DNA from: the human T2T-CHM13v2.0 reference genome, Homo sapiens
Strand: one strand, 5' to 3'
Assembly (NCBI RefSeq): GCF_009914755.1
Contig: NC_060925.1
Length of the DNA stretch: 64,000 nucleotides
Part shown: piece after piece, positions 1 through 20,080 of the stretch
Position numbering within the stretch: the first letter of the stretch is position 1
Layout: each line of letters starts with the position of its first letter
Position numbers and translations under genes: made by a program
Notes under the pieces: generated by a model
Seen by the model: the letters and a program-made list of their open reading frames with translations, nothing else
The model's database searches: none
Told to the model about the DNA's origin: nothing

Positions 1-131
1 TTTTGGCTCATGTTCATATGAATATTTCTGTCATGGGATAGGAAGACTAACAGCAATCAAATAATCACACTAAAAACTAGTTGGTGCAGTGGGGTAAGTA
101 CATTGAAGGAGAAGGAGGTAAAACATGCCAG

Positions 132-876
<745 letters not shown>

Positions 877-889
877 CACAAGGACATGA

Positions 890-1240
890 AAGCTAGTTTG
901 GGGGTTCATAGAGGTCTCCCTGAGGAAGTGATGTTTACATGGGGTCTGAGGGGCTAGCAGGAGTCAGGCCAAGACAGGACAGATGGAGGAGCATTCTCAG
1001 CAGAGGAAATAGTATGTGACCAGGCTCTCAGGCAGGAAGGAGCATTCTCAGCAGAGGAAATAGCATGTGGCCAGGATCTCAGGCAGGAAGGAGCCAAGGA
1101 AGGCCAACGTGGCTGTAGTGCAGAGACCTAGGGGAGCAGCAGGAGAGGAGGCTGGGCCAGTGAGTGGAGTCAGGTCATGCCCAGCCTCACAGGCATGTGA
1201 AGGATTTGGGTCTTGATCTTAGTGTCAATGGGAAGCCTGA
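890..1240 (-). mobile_element. L2 fragment containing a ~51-bp tandem duplication (987-1095)
   Basis: tccctgaggaagtgatgttt...gagcattctcagcagaggaaatagcatgtg resembles antisense L2; the duplication is directly visible. Confidence 0.6.
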
Positions 1241-2873
1241 TGATCCCGATTCTGCCATTGGGCCTCTGTAATATCAATTTAAACTCCTTCTTATTGACTC
1301 TCCAATTTGTTTTTGTGTGTTTTCCTAACAAGGTAACACATCCACACAGACCTTTGGCCAAGTCCTAAAAATGAGAAGAGTGTTGGTTGATGATGGTAGC
1401 AGCTGGTGCCCAAAGGACGCCCATTTGCCTTCAGTTATAGATCAGTGCATGCTCTGAGTTCTCCACACCACAGCTGCCCCAGAAATAACACTGCAAAGAG
1501 TCAATTTGTGGTCTGGCAGCATTGCTCCAGCTTGAGCTTTGGATGAAATTCAGTCCATTTATCCATATTTTAAAGAGGCTCCTTTAGAATAAAGGCTAAG
1601 CGTCTCCAGCCTTGCATTCAGCCCTGAAAACACAAACAAATATTTGCATGTACTGACCTTCCTAAATTTGTCAGATGACTTTTCGCATAACCTATGATTA
1701 CTGCTAATTTTTCTTCAAAGCACACACAGTTTTCTTACCTCTGAACATGCATTCAGGAAATGAAAATATGACCATTTCTTCAACTGAACTGTTGCTCTGG
1801 AAAATTACATTTTGTGCTGTTGTGAGGACAGTCAACAGCTATAGATTAGGAGGCCAGGGCAACACCATTAATACATCTATCAGAGTTGTATTAAAAGGAC
1901 TTTGATATGTCCAGCAGTCATTAAGGTACCAAGCCTGGCTGTCAAAGGAAGAAGAGGGACATTGAGCCTGCTCTGTAGGGCCCTGAGGCTGCCGTACCTG
2001 TGCCCAGCTCACCTGGTGATAGTCTCCAACCACTGAGAGCTGAAATCATGGAATGAATTTTGCTATTCAGTGAGAATGGTCTAATCCACAGTGAGATGCT
2101 GCACCTGTCTCTGGCCACTATTGCTGTACAGACTTGTCATTCATGAAGAGAGGTGACAATCTGTCGTCAACTCTCCAACATCCATTATTCCCAAGCAGTC
2201 AATCTAATTCAATCTGGATCTCATTTCCCTTGCCAGTGATTGATTTAGAAGAGGCATGGGGACTAATCCTGACCATGGAGAAGAGAAGAGAATTCTGTTG
2301 TGGGTGGGAGCCTCTGGGAAAGGTTTTCTTATTCCTAAAAAGAGGCCCAAGAAAAAGATGGCTTTTTTCATTTTAGAAGTGGTTATTTCTGAGTGTGCTG
2401 CCTGGAACTACTGCTCCCATCTGGCATCCACCCATGGGACTGAGGCTCAGCCAAGAACAGAAGAGATGAGAGAGACAGAGAAACAAGGCCAGAGCCACAA
2501 CAGACTAAGCCTGCAGCCTGCCTTACCTGTGGACTTATTGCTATGTATGAGAATTCATTCCCTTATGTTTGTCTTAGTCCATTTGTGTTGCTATAAAGGA
2601 ATACCTGAGGCTGGGTAATTTATAAAGAAAAAAGGTTTATTTGGCTCATGGTTCTGCTGGCTGGAGGACTGGGCATCTGGTGAAAGCCTCAGGCTGTTTT
2701 CGTTCACAGCAGAGGGCAAAGAAGCAGGGCAGGCATGTGCAGAGATCACATGGCAAGAGAGGAAGTGAGAGAGAAAGGAGGTGCCAGGCTCTTTTTATAG
2801 GTTGGTGCAAACGTAATTGCGGTTTCAAACCATGAATTTTAAATCATTATAACTAGGCTCAAATACATCTTTA

Positions 2874-4228
<1,355 letters not shown>

Positions 4229-4859
4229 AGTCTAAAATAAACATAAAATAAACAGCAAGCAATAAGTCATTAGCAAAAAAATATATATATATAAAGTGAG
4301 AAATGCCCATTAAAATGATGCATAACATAACCACATTTATTTAAGAACGTATTCCAATATCTAATGGCAAATTCCAACAATGCGAAAACTTCAATTGCTT
4401 TTGCACTCACCTAATAGCAACCAGGTCTCTCAGGAACAAATAGAGTGAGATCTCACTCTCACCCCCACCCCTGAAGGGTGGGCATTAACCTGTTCATGAG
4501 AGATCAACCCCTGTGATCCAAACTCCTGCCATGAGGCCCCACCTCCAACACTGGGAATCAAATTTCAACACGAGATTTGGGGGCAAATATCTAAACTGTA
4601 GCACCGCTGGTCCTTGCAACTGAAGACATGGTAACTGATACATCATGCAAATTTCTTACTGCTTTAGCAAACAACTGAAATGATGGGGAATCCGTTGAAT
4701 CAACTTGGTATGTGGAGAACAAGCAAGGATTTCAGTTCTGATCACAGGTTAAGTTTGGTTGGGTTTCAGCCAGGGTTCTTTAGTGTGTTTTAATGTAATC
4801 GGATCGAGTCACTAGTCAAAAACACATCCTTGGGAAGAAGAGCTTTGGCCACTTTGGTG

Positions 4860-5750
<891 letters not shown>

Positions 5751-6058
5751 AGTCCTAGGTTCTCTTCCTGGGACTCCATTTCTTAATCTGTGTCTTCCCT
5801 AGAGAGCTGTTGCAAGGATTAAGTATCATGCGTAAGAAGAAGGTGCTTTGCTTCTGTAACATGATCTCATGTTACATGCAAACATTTACTTTACATGCAA
5901 ACATTTCTTGGCCCCAGAACCCTTAGAAATTCTTGGACCAGGCTTCCTAGTGTGCTCTAGAATCATTGCTGTAGAAAACCAAACATTGATCAGTCAATCC
6001 AGAAACAAGCTACTGTCTTTCATGGAAAGTAAGTACTCCAGATAGACGAGGTACGATG

Positions 6059-6378
<320 letters not shown>

Positions 6379-7171
6379 TCACAGACAGGACACCTGTCGG
6401 CCTACAGAGCTTTTTATTTGTGAACATGCCTCTGTGATGTACTTTAGCCTGACACATACATTTGACATGTCAATGGGCAATGCATGCATTAAACTGGCAA
6501 CTGAGTCAGATAATCAGAAGGTCTCAGAGTCAACGGGAACCTACGAATGACCTTGTAGCTCATGTTCTGTTCATGAATCTCTTGGAAGGAGAAACTCCCT
6601 GCTGCATGAGAGAGTGGTGTGTTCAAAGAAGCAACGAAGTTGGGAATCCCCTCAATGCCATCTCACACACCATGACGCAACTTGCTGCAGTCCACACAGT
6701 CTGTGATTGGCACAGCTCAGCTCTTCTTATTCCCAACCCAATGTGTTCACTGGTTTTCTTACGTTCGCTTTTTTTTTTTTTTTGAGTCCAGATCATAAAA
6801 ACATGTCTTTTTACGTGCTTGCACTAAAGAAATATTTCTTTCTGGGAATGAGCAAACCAAATTGCTTGGTTTTGCTTTATATATTTTAGGCAGCCAAGGC
6901 AAGTCTGGGGACTATGGGACACATTTGCTAAATGAATTGCATCATCCTGTTCCATTGAAGTAAAGGAGGGTTTGGAAATAAAATGTTTCTTTAGTACATA
7001 ATGAAGACAGAGCAGTTCCACAAGAGCCCCTCTCACTGACTCTTACTGTGTGCCTCTTTTTTTGGCCTGTATGGAAAAGCCATTATCAGCACAGATGTGA
7101 CCAGATGGTCCATCCGGAGGTGATATATTGATCATCTGCAATATTTTTGGCAAAGTGCCGTAACGATTGAC

Positions 7172-7498
<327 letters not shown>

Positions 7499-7512
7499 TA
7501 AAAACATTTTAT

Positions 7513-7813
<301 letters not shown>

Positions 7814-8035
7814 TTATTATAAACATTTTCATCACAAAAATATAGTAAATAGGATAATTAACCCCTATAGACCCATTCCTCAAATTGAACAATTTCATTG
7901 TTTTGATTTTCATCACACTTGCTGGATCTAACCATTCTTTATCTCTTTCTCTTTCCGTGCCTTTCTCTCTTTGTTTTCTTAGTTCGTCATTTAAGGCGTA
8001 TCTTTGACACCATGTCACTTCACCTCAAAATATTT

Positions 8036-8392
8036 ATGCCTTTGTTTTTTTAAATTGCTTTTAAAATTTTTTATTTCAGGTTTGGGGGTACATGTGAAGG
8101 TTTGTTGTATAGGTAAACTCGTGTCATGAGGGTTCGTCGTACAGATTATTTCATCACTCAGGTATTAAATCTAGTACCCAATAGTTATTTTCTTCCTTCA
8201 AGTAGACCACAGTGTCTGTTGTTCTCTTCTTTGTGTTCATGAGTTCTCATCATTAAGCTCTCACTTGTGAGAACATGTGGTATTTGGTTTTCTGTTCCTG
8301 CATTAGTTTGCTAGGGATAATAGCCTCCAGCTCCAGCCATGTTCCCACAAAAGACATGATCTCATTCTTTTTTATGGCTGCATAGTATTCCA
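8036..8392 (-). mobile_element. 5'-truncated L1 3' end (L1PA13-16/L1PB-like)
   Basis: ggtttgggggtacatgtgaaggtttgttg...ttttatggctgcatagtattcc; TSD ttcacctcaaaatattt at 8019-8035 and 8393-8409. Confidence 0.85.
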
Positions 8393-8942
8393 TTCACCTC
8401 AAAATATTTCTAAAAAATAAGGCCATTTCTCATATCATTATCATGTCTAACTTACATTAAAAAAATCCTAAATAAGAATGATTAGTCAGTTTATACTCAA
8501 ATTCCTCCACTCATTGCATTTGATTATTATGGCTCTTAAGTCTTTTTATAACCAAGAGCATCCCCCACTTCTTCTGCCCCCTGTTTTCCTTATGTCCTTG
8601 ACTTGTTTTGAAAATTGGATCCGTTTTGCTGTAGAATGTCCCACATTCTGCATTTGTTTGATTACTTTAACTTGCTAGTTTGGCCCTTGTTTCTCCCATA
8701 ATCTGAAAGTGAGGTCTAAAGGCTGAATTCAATTTGGTTCAACCTCTTCGACAAGCGCATGTCATGAAAAAAATCCTATTTATGCATCCAACAGTGCATA
8801 ATCTGGTGCATACATTTAGTGAGGTGAGATGAGTCATTTGGTTCAGGTGGTGACAGTCTGATCCTTCCACTGTAAATTTCCCTGTCCACCATTTTCCATT
8901 AGGTTTTGCATTAATCTCATCTCTGGACCTATTATTCAATAA

Positions 8943-9256
<314 letters not shown>

Positions 9257-9932
9257 AAAAAGATGATTTTTAACCATTTTTGTTCTATTATTCCTTCTAA
9301 GTATATTAGCTGGAATTCTCCGGTAAAGAAGAACTTTCCCTGATCAAGTAGACCTTTTTAGTAACCTGGAAATACAGTTCAGATGTAACAGGCAGGATAA
9401 ATGTTAAATTCTTTTTCTTAAATTACCAGTTCTCAGAGTAAGGAGTTGGTTCCCTAGCTTCCTTCAATAGAGCCCTGTGATTTTTTTTTTTTTTTAGCTG
9501 CTATTGTTTCTGTCTCTGTTTCAATTTCTTTCTCAATCTCACCTCAGTTAGCATTATAAATATATTGATTTTTTATATACTTGCTATGTTTTAGTCAATT
9601 ATGGTCATTCTTCTTTTTGATGCTCTAATTATTTTATCTTAGGCCAGGGGAGCCTCACAAATTGGCTTTTTGATGTGACTCCCATTAATCTTTGATATCA
9701 TCCTTGCTTTCTAGTACAAGAAGCCCCAGGACCAACTCATACTTTGCCTGCCTCCAGTTTGTGCTTAGCCATTTCTCTAAGGAGCCCCGGCTTGTTTTAG
9801 TGGGGAATGGTGTATTCATCACTGTTGTTATTGCTTCTGTTGACTAACCTAGGAAATGAACATTTTTAAAGCCTCAAAAGTTAATAATAATTTCTCCATT
9901 TCAAATCTGACATCATTAAGTTTTGACTGAAC

Positions 9933-10232
<300 letters not shown>

Positions 10233-10892
10233 TTTGACTGAACTTCTTTAATTTTATATGTATGTGTCTTTTCTGTTACACACACAAAAATCTTGATTTC
10301 TAGCAATAGTTTTTATTGCTGTAATAATGAATTAATCTTCAAAACATATATAATAATTCCAAAATTATAGTACCAACATTGCTACTAACAGAAAGACTAC
10401 TGAATGAAGTTTACATATTTTTGCAGTTCTTTTTTTTTGACCTTAGAATACATTCTACTAATGATGTACAGTCCAAATGGAGCATCCAAAAGTAACTTGA
10501 ACTAGCTCTTTTATCTTTGTGGTACACCGTCAATCTGATACATAATTTAGTACCTATTTTGGTTCATTTTCAAATTTTAGGAAATGCTTTATTTCCTATC
10601 TTTTGATTTGATTTAATTTTTGAATATATGAAATATTTAAATGATTTCAAAGTCAAAGCTTTAGAGCAAGATACATTCAGAGAGGTCTCATTTCCATTAC
10701 TGTTTCTGCCTCTCACTCTTTCCTGCCTTCTCCCAATATTTCTCCCACTGGTTTATCCTTCTTGTGTGTTCATTTGAAACTATGAGCAAATTGTGTGTGT
10801 GTGTACATATGTGTGTATTTCCCCTCTTTTTTACTGACAAGGTGGTGCACTGTTTTGCAGGTGATATTTTATTTCCTTTTACTGATATACTC

Positions 10893-11207
10893 TTTTTATT
10901 CTTTTATTTATTTATTTTTTGTTTTTGAGGCAGAGTCTCGCTCTGTTACCCAGGCTAGAGTGCAATGGCGCAGTCTCTGCTTACTGCAACCTCTGCCCCC
11001 TGGTTTCAAGCGATTCTCCTGCCTCAGCCTCCTGAATAGCTGGGACTACAGGTGTGTGCCACCATGCCTAGCTAATTTTTGTGTTTTTCGTAGAGACGGG
11101 TTTCATCATGTTGGCCAGGCTGGTCTTCAACTCCTGACCTCAGGTGATCCACTGGCCTCGGCCTCCCAAAGTGCTGGGATTACAGGCTTGAGTCACCGCT
11201 CCTGGCC
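10893..11207 (-). mobile_element. AluS
   Basis: Antisense Alu; degenerate TSD ttactgatatactct / ttactgacatattct. Confidence 0.92.
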
Positions 11208-12455
11208 TTACTGACATATTCTGGATATCACTCCACATCAATGTCTATACGGATTTCTTCTTTATTTTTTATAGCTTCATTGTGCTCCATTATGTAAATT
11301 GTTTTATACTTTAGTCAACCATTTCTTACTGATGGATGTTTGGGTGGTTTCTAATCTTTCGTCATTACAAATAATGCTGGAATGTATAATACAAATATGT
11401 CACTTTCTTGTGGTTTGTTTGTTTGCAAATGTATCACCGGATTAAAGTCCTAGAAATAGGATTGCCACATCAAAGGATAAATGCATATGGAATTTTGCCA
11501 GATATTGCCAAATTCTCCTCTAGAGAGTTTATATTATTTTGTATTACCACTAACAATGTATGAGGGTTCCTATTTCCTCCACAGCCTCACTCCAGGCATC
11601 TGATGTCAAAGTTTTGAATTTTTGTCAGTCTGTTAGAGTCTGAAAGAGTGTCTTAATGTAATTTTCTCATTTCTCCTATGAGTGAGGCTGAGTACCTTTT
11701 CATATCTTTAAAGATAATTTGCTTTCCATTTTCTGTGAATTACAACTTCCATCCCTTTAAAAAAAATCAGTCTTTTCTCAACTTTTAGGAACCCTCTCTA
11801 TAAATTCTTTAACATAAGTGGCAAATATTTTCCCGGTTTATGATTTGTCTTTTGGCTTTGCCTATAGTATTTTGACTATTCAGAAGACTTTGCTGTTGTT
11901 ATTGTTGGGTAGTTCAATTTACAATCTTTTAAAAAATTCCTTCTGGATTTCAAGTCATTGTAAGATTTTTTTCCACTCCTAGACTACAAATGACCTTTTT
12001 TCCTGCTATTATGGAATTTAATTGATAACATTTAGGTCTTTGGTCCGAAAATCATCTTGACTTGCTGTGTGATTGATAATTTTTTTCCTTTTTTCTAAAA
12101 ATCTATGATTGATTGTGCTTTTGGTTCAGTTAATTAAAAGGATTGATATTCAGATCATTAATATCTTTAGTGAGAGTGAAATATTATCTTTTTCAAACTT
12201 TCAGCACATTATGATTGACAGGCTAACACTGAAGAATTTTCTAAAGGTCACAAGTCAACATCATAGGAAATTGTTGCTACTTTCTTTCAGCCCTGTTGTT
12301 TTGGAGTTCCCTAACTACACCACTCACATTCCTCTCTCCATATCAGTGTGGTATGTAATGTTATACAGGAAACCAGGAAGAGTATATTCATGATTTTTTT
12401 GTGTGGTTATCTTTCTACCCCACCACTAATGCCTACTTATATGATTGACATTTAA

Positions 12456-12803
<348 letters not shown>

Positions 12804-13569
12804 GCTCTCTCCATTTCTGATGCATATTATACACCAGATATTGTGAGGGATAGGAGAATCTAACACATGCTGTTGACAAAAACAATAACTCACATGCATC
12901 ACAAAACACTGCCCATCAGAACACCCTCTGTCTCTGATCGCCACCAGAGAGAACCACTCTAAGTAACTCTTAGAAATGCCATAGCTGACACTTTAGGTCA
13001 ACTAATTATGCACATTGCAAATAATGATATCTCTGACCTACTTTAATAATTTTTAAAGCAGAATGTATAATGACAATAGTATAATAAAACAAAACTCAAT
13101 TTGTGAAAATGTCTTAAGTATTTTGAAGGGTAATAATATACACGCAGCTCAAACAGAAATGGAATTATCAGGATATTTTTACCAACAGATAAACCATTTC
13201 TTCTGTGATTTTTGATCATAAAATCTTCTATCTTTCACTTGTTGAAGATAACAGAAGTGGCCAAAAGGTAGTAGAATGTAAACTTCTGTATTTTTTTCTC
13301 TTCAGTAATGGTGAAATACTTACAATGCTCCAAAGCTATAGCAGTATTTTCATTGACCTCTGTAAAGTGGCTGACTGTAGCCATGGGCTCAAAGGAACTG
13401 CACCAGACCAAGAAAGAATCAAAAGTTTGACTTTAGCCTAATTAGTGGTATACTCTAGTCAACCAAACCAGCTATATTCTAACTGGAATTACAGTTAAGC
13501 AACTATTATCTATTACCAGGAAACTGATCACTATTTAAATGTCAATGAAATCATAAGTAGGCATTAGTG

Positions 13570-15485
<1,916 letters not shown>

Positions 15486-15625
15486 CACAGTTTTATTTTT
15501 CAGGAAAATATAAATAGGCAACAGAGGAAGAGAAGAGCTTGTGTGTCTAGTTGAGGGTATAATAATACATTTATCAGAAAATGTATCATGTAAATATCAC
15601 AATGCAAAATAATAAATAGTGGTAA

Positions 15626-15959
<334 letters not shown>

Positions 15960-17307
15960 AGTTCTGTTACTTTTTTTAGGGAGGACTTTTAACAGCACAA
16001 ATTTGGGGATTAGTATTTTTGTTATTTATTTATTTATTTTGTTTTGTTGGGGAGGGTATTTTTATTCAGATACCTTTGTCTTTAAGCTCTCTAGCCAAAA
16101 ATAGGTACCATTTATATTATAAAATTCAAGACTAATAAAAAATAAGTTTATGTGTTCGAGGTGGAAACAATACGAAAAACAGAAAATTCTAGTGTTGAAA
16201 GAGAGTTTAAAGAGCATCGCATTCAAAAGGACCTCTCTTCGGTGTTTGTAAGTGAAGCTACAGGCTGCAAACACCTGGGCAGGAATGTGAGAACTGCTTC
16301 CTCTCTATTGATAAGCCAGACTGTGGACATGATTTAAGGGCATTATGCCAAACAAAGAGGAACGACCCACACAGGTTGACAAATCGTGGCCAGTTCAATG
16401 TCACTGCATGCTTACTAAATGGTAGCCTAGCACCAGCTAGTAGCAAGAATCAATGAAGACATTATTTGCCACGAAAAATAAAGAGAACATTTGTCATAGG
16501 GAAATCTTGTATCTCAATGCCTTAACCTCTTTTTAGGTGCCTTCCACAGTACATAATTTTTACCCTCTTGACTAAATAATACAGACATCTTCATTTAAAA
16601 TGGTGAAGGATGCTGTTCACCTGAAAAACCAATGAGCAACTAGAGTGACACGGTTGTCAGAATCCTGGGAGGATAGTTGAGGATGGGGTGGGTAACGAAG
16701 GAAATAAAAGGTCCTTGTGTTTGGAAACAAACAAACAAACAAAAAACTGCCCTTAAATCTGTGTAGCTTTCACACATCTTGTTAGCACATTGCAGTTTCT
16801 CGGTATTTCACCCTAATTTAGCCTGAAGGATACTCTAGCTGTCCTTGATGGCTGCTATTAACCATCAGACCCCAGCCCATTTATCACATCTAATACTATG
16901 ATGGAAAAGCTGGAATTTCAAACAGACTCACCAATCACAGTCTATGAGCCAGCTCTGACAACATCTTGCTGGGTCTATACAGACAGAAAATTAAGGACTT
17001 CTATGGTGCACTTGACATTGGTGGCTATGTTGGCAGCTAACCTGCTTTGCCATTATTACTGTTTACACACCCAGGATATCTAATGAGTTGATACAAGTAC
17101 ACCCAGCATTAGTTCATGATGATTATGAGGTAGGATTAAACTGGATGCAATATCAATAGCTATTTTTTGTGGCTATAAAGAAAAGGATTGGAAAATGCAT
17201 TTGCTATCCAAAAAAGGTTCTTTTATTTTTTAACAACAGCAGCAAGTTTTACTCCATAAAGCTTAAGATATTTTAATGAGAAAACAAAAAGCTTAAGATA
17301 TTTTAAT

Positions 17308-19153
17308 CTCCCTCTCCCTCTCCCTCTCCCCACGGTCTCCCTCTCCCTCTCTTTCCACGGTCTCCCTCTGATGCCGAGCCGTTGGACGGTACTGCTGCCA
17401 TCTCGGCTCACTGCAACCTCCCTGCCTGATTCTCCTGCCTCAGCTTGCCGAGTGCCTGCGATTGCAGGCGCGCGCCGCCACGCCTGACTGGTTTTCGTAT
17501 TTTTTTGGTGGAGACGGGGATTCGCTGTGTTGGCCGGGCTGGTCTCCAGCTCCTAACCGCGAGTGATCCGCCAGCCTCGGCCTCCCGAGGTGCCGGGATT
17601 GCAGACGGAGTCTCCTTCACTCAGTGCTCAATGGTGCCCAGGCTGGAGCGGCAGTGGCGTGATCTCGGCTCGCTACAACCTCCACCTCCCAGCAGCCTGC
17701 CTTGGCCTCCCAAAGTGCCGAGATTGCAGCCTCTGCCCGGCCGCCACCCCGTCTGGGAAGTGAGGAGCGTCTCTGCCTGGCTGCCCATCGTCTGGGACGT
17801 GAGGAGCCCCTCTGCCTGGCTGCCCAGTCTGGAAAGTGAGGAGCGTCTCTGCCCGGCCGCCATCCCATCTAGGAAGTGAGGAGCGCCTCTTCCCGGCCGC
17901 CATCACATCTGGGAAGTGAGGAGCGTCTCTGCCCGGCCGCCCATCGTCTGAGATGTGAGGAGCGTCTCTGCCCGGCCGCCCCGTCTGAGAAGTGAGGAGA
18001 CCCTCTGCCTGGCAACTGCCCCGTCTGAGAAGTGAGGAGCCCCTCCGCCTGGCAGCCACCCCGTCTGAGAAGTGAGGAGCGTCTCCTCCCGGCAGCCACC
18101 TCGTCCGGGAGGGAGGTGGGGGGGTCAGCACCCCGCCCGGCCAGCCACCCCGTCCGGCAGGTGAGGGGCGCCTCTGCCCAGCCGCCCCTACTGGGAAGTG
18201 AGGAGCCCCTCTGCCCGGCCAGACGCCCCGTCCGGGAGGGAGGTGGGGGGATCAACCCCCCTCCCAGCCAGCCGCCCCGTCCGGCAGGTGAGGGGTGCCT
18301 CTGCCCGGCTGCCCCTACTGGGAAGTGAGGAGCCCCTCTGCCCGGCCAGCCGCCCCATCCAGGAGGGAGGTGGGGGGGTCAGCCCCCCGCCCGGCCAGCC
18401 GCCCCATCCGGCAGGTGAGGGGCGCCTCTGCCCGGCCGCCCCTACTGGGAAGTGAGGAGCCCCTCTGCCCGGCCAGCCGCCCCATCCGGGAGGGAGGTGG
18501 GGGGGTCAGCCCCCCGCCCGGCCAGCCGCCCCGTCCGGGAGGTGAGGGGCGCCTCTGCCCGGCCGCCCCTACTGGGAAGTGAGGAGCCCCTCTGCCCGGC
18601 CAGCCGCCCCGTCTGGGAGGTGTACCCAACAGCTCATTGAGAACGGGCCATGATGACAATGGCGGTTTTGTAGAATAGAAAGGGGGGAAAGGTGGGGAAA
18701 AGATTGAGAAATCGGATGGTTGCCGTGTCTGTGTAGAAGGAAGTAGACATGGGAGACTTTTCATTTTGTTCTGTACTAAGAAAAATTATTCTGCCTTGGG
18801 ATCCTGTTGATCGGTGACCTTACCCCCAACCCTGTGCTCTCTGAAACATGTGCTGTATCCACTCAGGGTTGAATGGATTGAGGGCAGTGCAAGATGTGCT
18901 TTGTTAAACAGATGCTTGAAGGCAGCATGCTCCTTAAGAGTCATCACCACTCCCTAATCTCAAGTACCCAGGGACACAAACACTGCGGAAGGCCGCAGGG
19001 TCCTCTGCCTAGGAAAACCAGAGACCTTTGTTCACTTGTTTATCTGCTGACCTTCCCTCCACTATTGTCCTGTGACCCTGCCAAATCCCCCTCTGCAAGA
19101 AACACCCAAGAATGATCAATAAAATAAATAAAAAATAAAAATAAAAAAAAAAA
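17308..19153 (+). mobile_element. Full-length SVA retrotransposon (young, D-F-like)
   Basis: (CCCTCT)n head from 17308, antisense Alu-like domain, GC-rich VNTR (~17750-18620), SINE-R ending ...acacccaagaatgatcaataaa plus A-tail; TSD aagatattttaat at 17295-17307 and 19286-19298. Confidence 0.97.
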
Positions 19154-19224
19154 CCTCTCGTTAACACATAATAATGCCCGCACTGAGCAGGTGTTCACTA
19201 AGGTGTTGAATAAATAGTTGAAAC

Positions 19225-19260
<36 letters not shown>

Positions 19261-19287
19261 TGCTTTTAAAATATGAAAAAAAAAAAA
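19154..19287 (+). other. SVA 3' transduced sequence (two segments, each followed by an A-tail)
   Basis: Non-SVA 19154-19227 with AATAAA at 19209-19214, then A31 (19228-19258), a 17-bp segment (19259-19275) and A12, all inside the TSD. Confidence 0.85.
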
Positions 19288-19298
19288 GATATTTTAAT

Positions 19299-19641
19299 GA
19301 GAAAAGCTGAGTGTTGGGAGAGAAGCTGATGCAGGGCTTGCATGTCTGCTAGACTTGCTGGCTCCTTGCTTCTAGCACTCCCATTATCTCAAGCAGCCAT
19401 ATGTTTCTCATTCACTTGATACACTGTTTCCTTTCAACCCCCACATCCTCACCACCTGTTTCTTTGTTTGATCATCAATAAATGGTGTGGGCTCCCAGAG
19501 CTCCGGGCCTTGGCACAGCATCCACACTCGCGATGGCCCCCTGGTCCCACTTTCTCTCTCAAACTGTCTTTTTCTCATTCCTTTGACCCCCTCGGATTTC
19601 ATTGCCCCCACGACCTGGTGTTGGATCTGATCACCCCAACA
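19299..19641 (+). mobile_element. LTR14A-like solo LTR (HERV-K14/HML-1)
   Basis: gagaaaagctgagtgttgggagagaagctga...caataaa...gatcaccccaaca, ~344 bp, matches the recalled LTR14A consensus. Confidence 0.8.
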
Positions 19642-20018
19642 AAACCAAATCTTAGTCTCGTGTTTCTATCTAAAGACACTCAAAACTAGTTTTTTTTCTG
19701 CCCATCCCTTTCCTAGCTGCAACTTTATTTGTGACCATGTAATAAAGGGCAGTTTAAAGATTAAAAAATAAAAAAGTTTAAACCTTTTTTAAAAAAACTA
19801 AACAATTCAGGCTAGCAAAAAGATACTCAATACATATTTTCCTTATATCAAACAAGCTAATACAATATAACTATACAGAATATATACAATACACTTAAGT
19901 TTCAGAAAGCAAATACTATAGGCTCATTACAGATTTGAAAAAACATGATATTCACATTGATTACAATAACTCTAAAAATAACTGCAACATTGAAATGGCA
20001 TTTAGTTTACAAAAAAAG

Positions 20019-20019
<1 letters not shown>

Positions 20020-20079
<60 letters not shown>
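20020..20079. repeat. Compound (TA)n(CA)n microsatellite
   Basis: Directly visible. Confidence 0.97.

Positions 20080-20080
<1 letters not shown>

Noticed and set aside
13324-13397. Minus-strand 74-nt cryptic exon (pyrimidine tract-CAG ... GTAAGT)
   Set aside because: No partner exons, unrecognised peptide; such sites occur by chance.
17750-18620. Regularly spaced repeats resembling a CRISPR array
   Set aside because: This is the SVA VNTR in human DNA; spacers are not unique and there are no cas genes.
17223-19115. Overlapping Pro/Arg/Gly-rich ORFs on both strands
   Set aside because: They arise from the stop-poor SVA VNTR and Alu-like domain.
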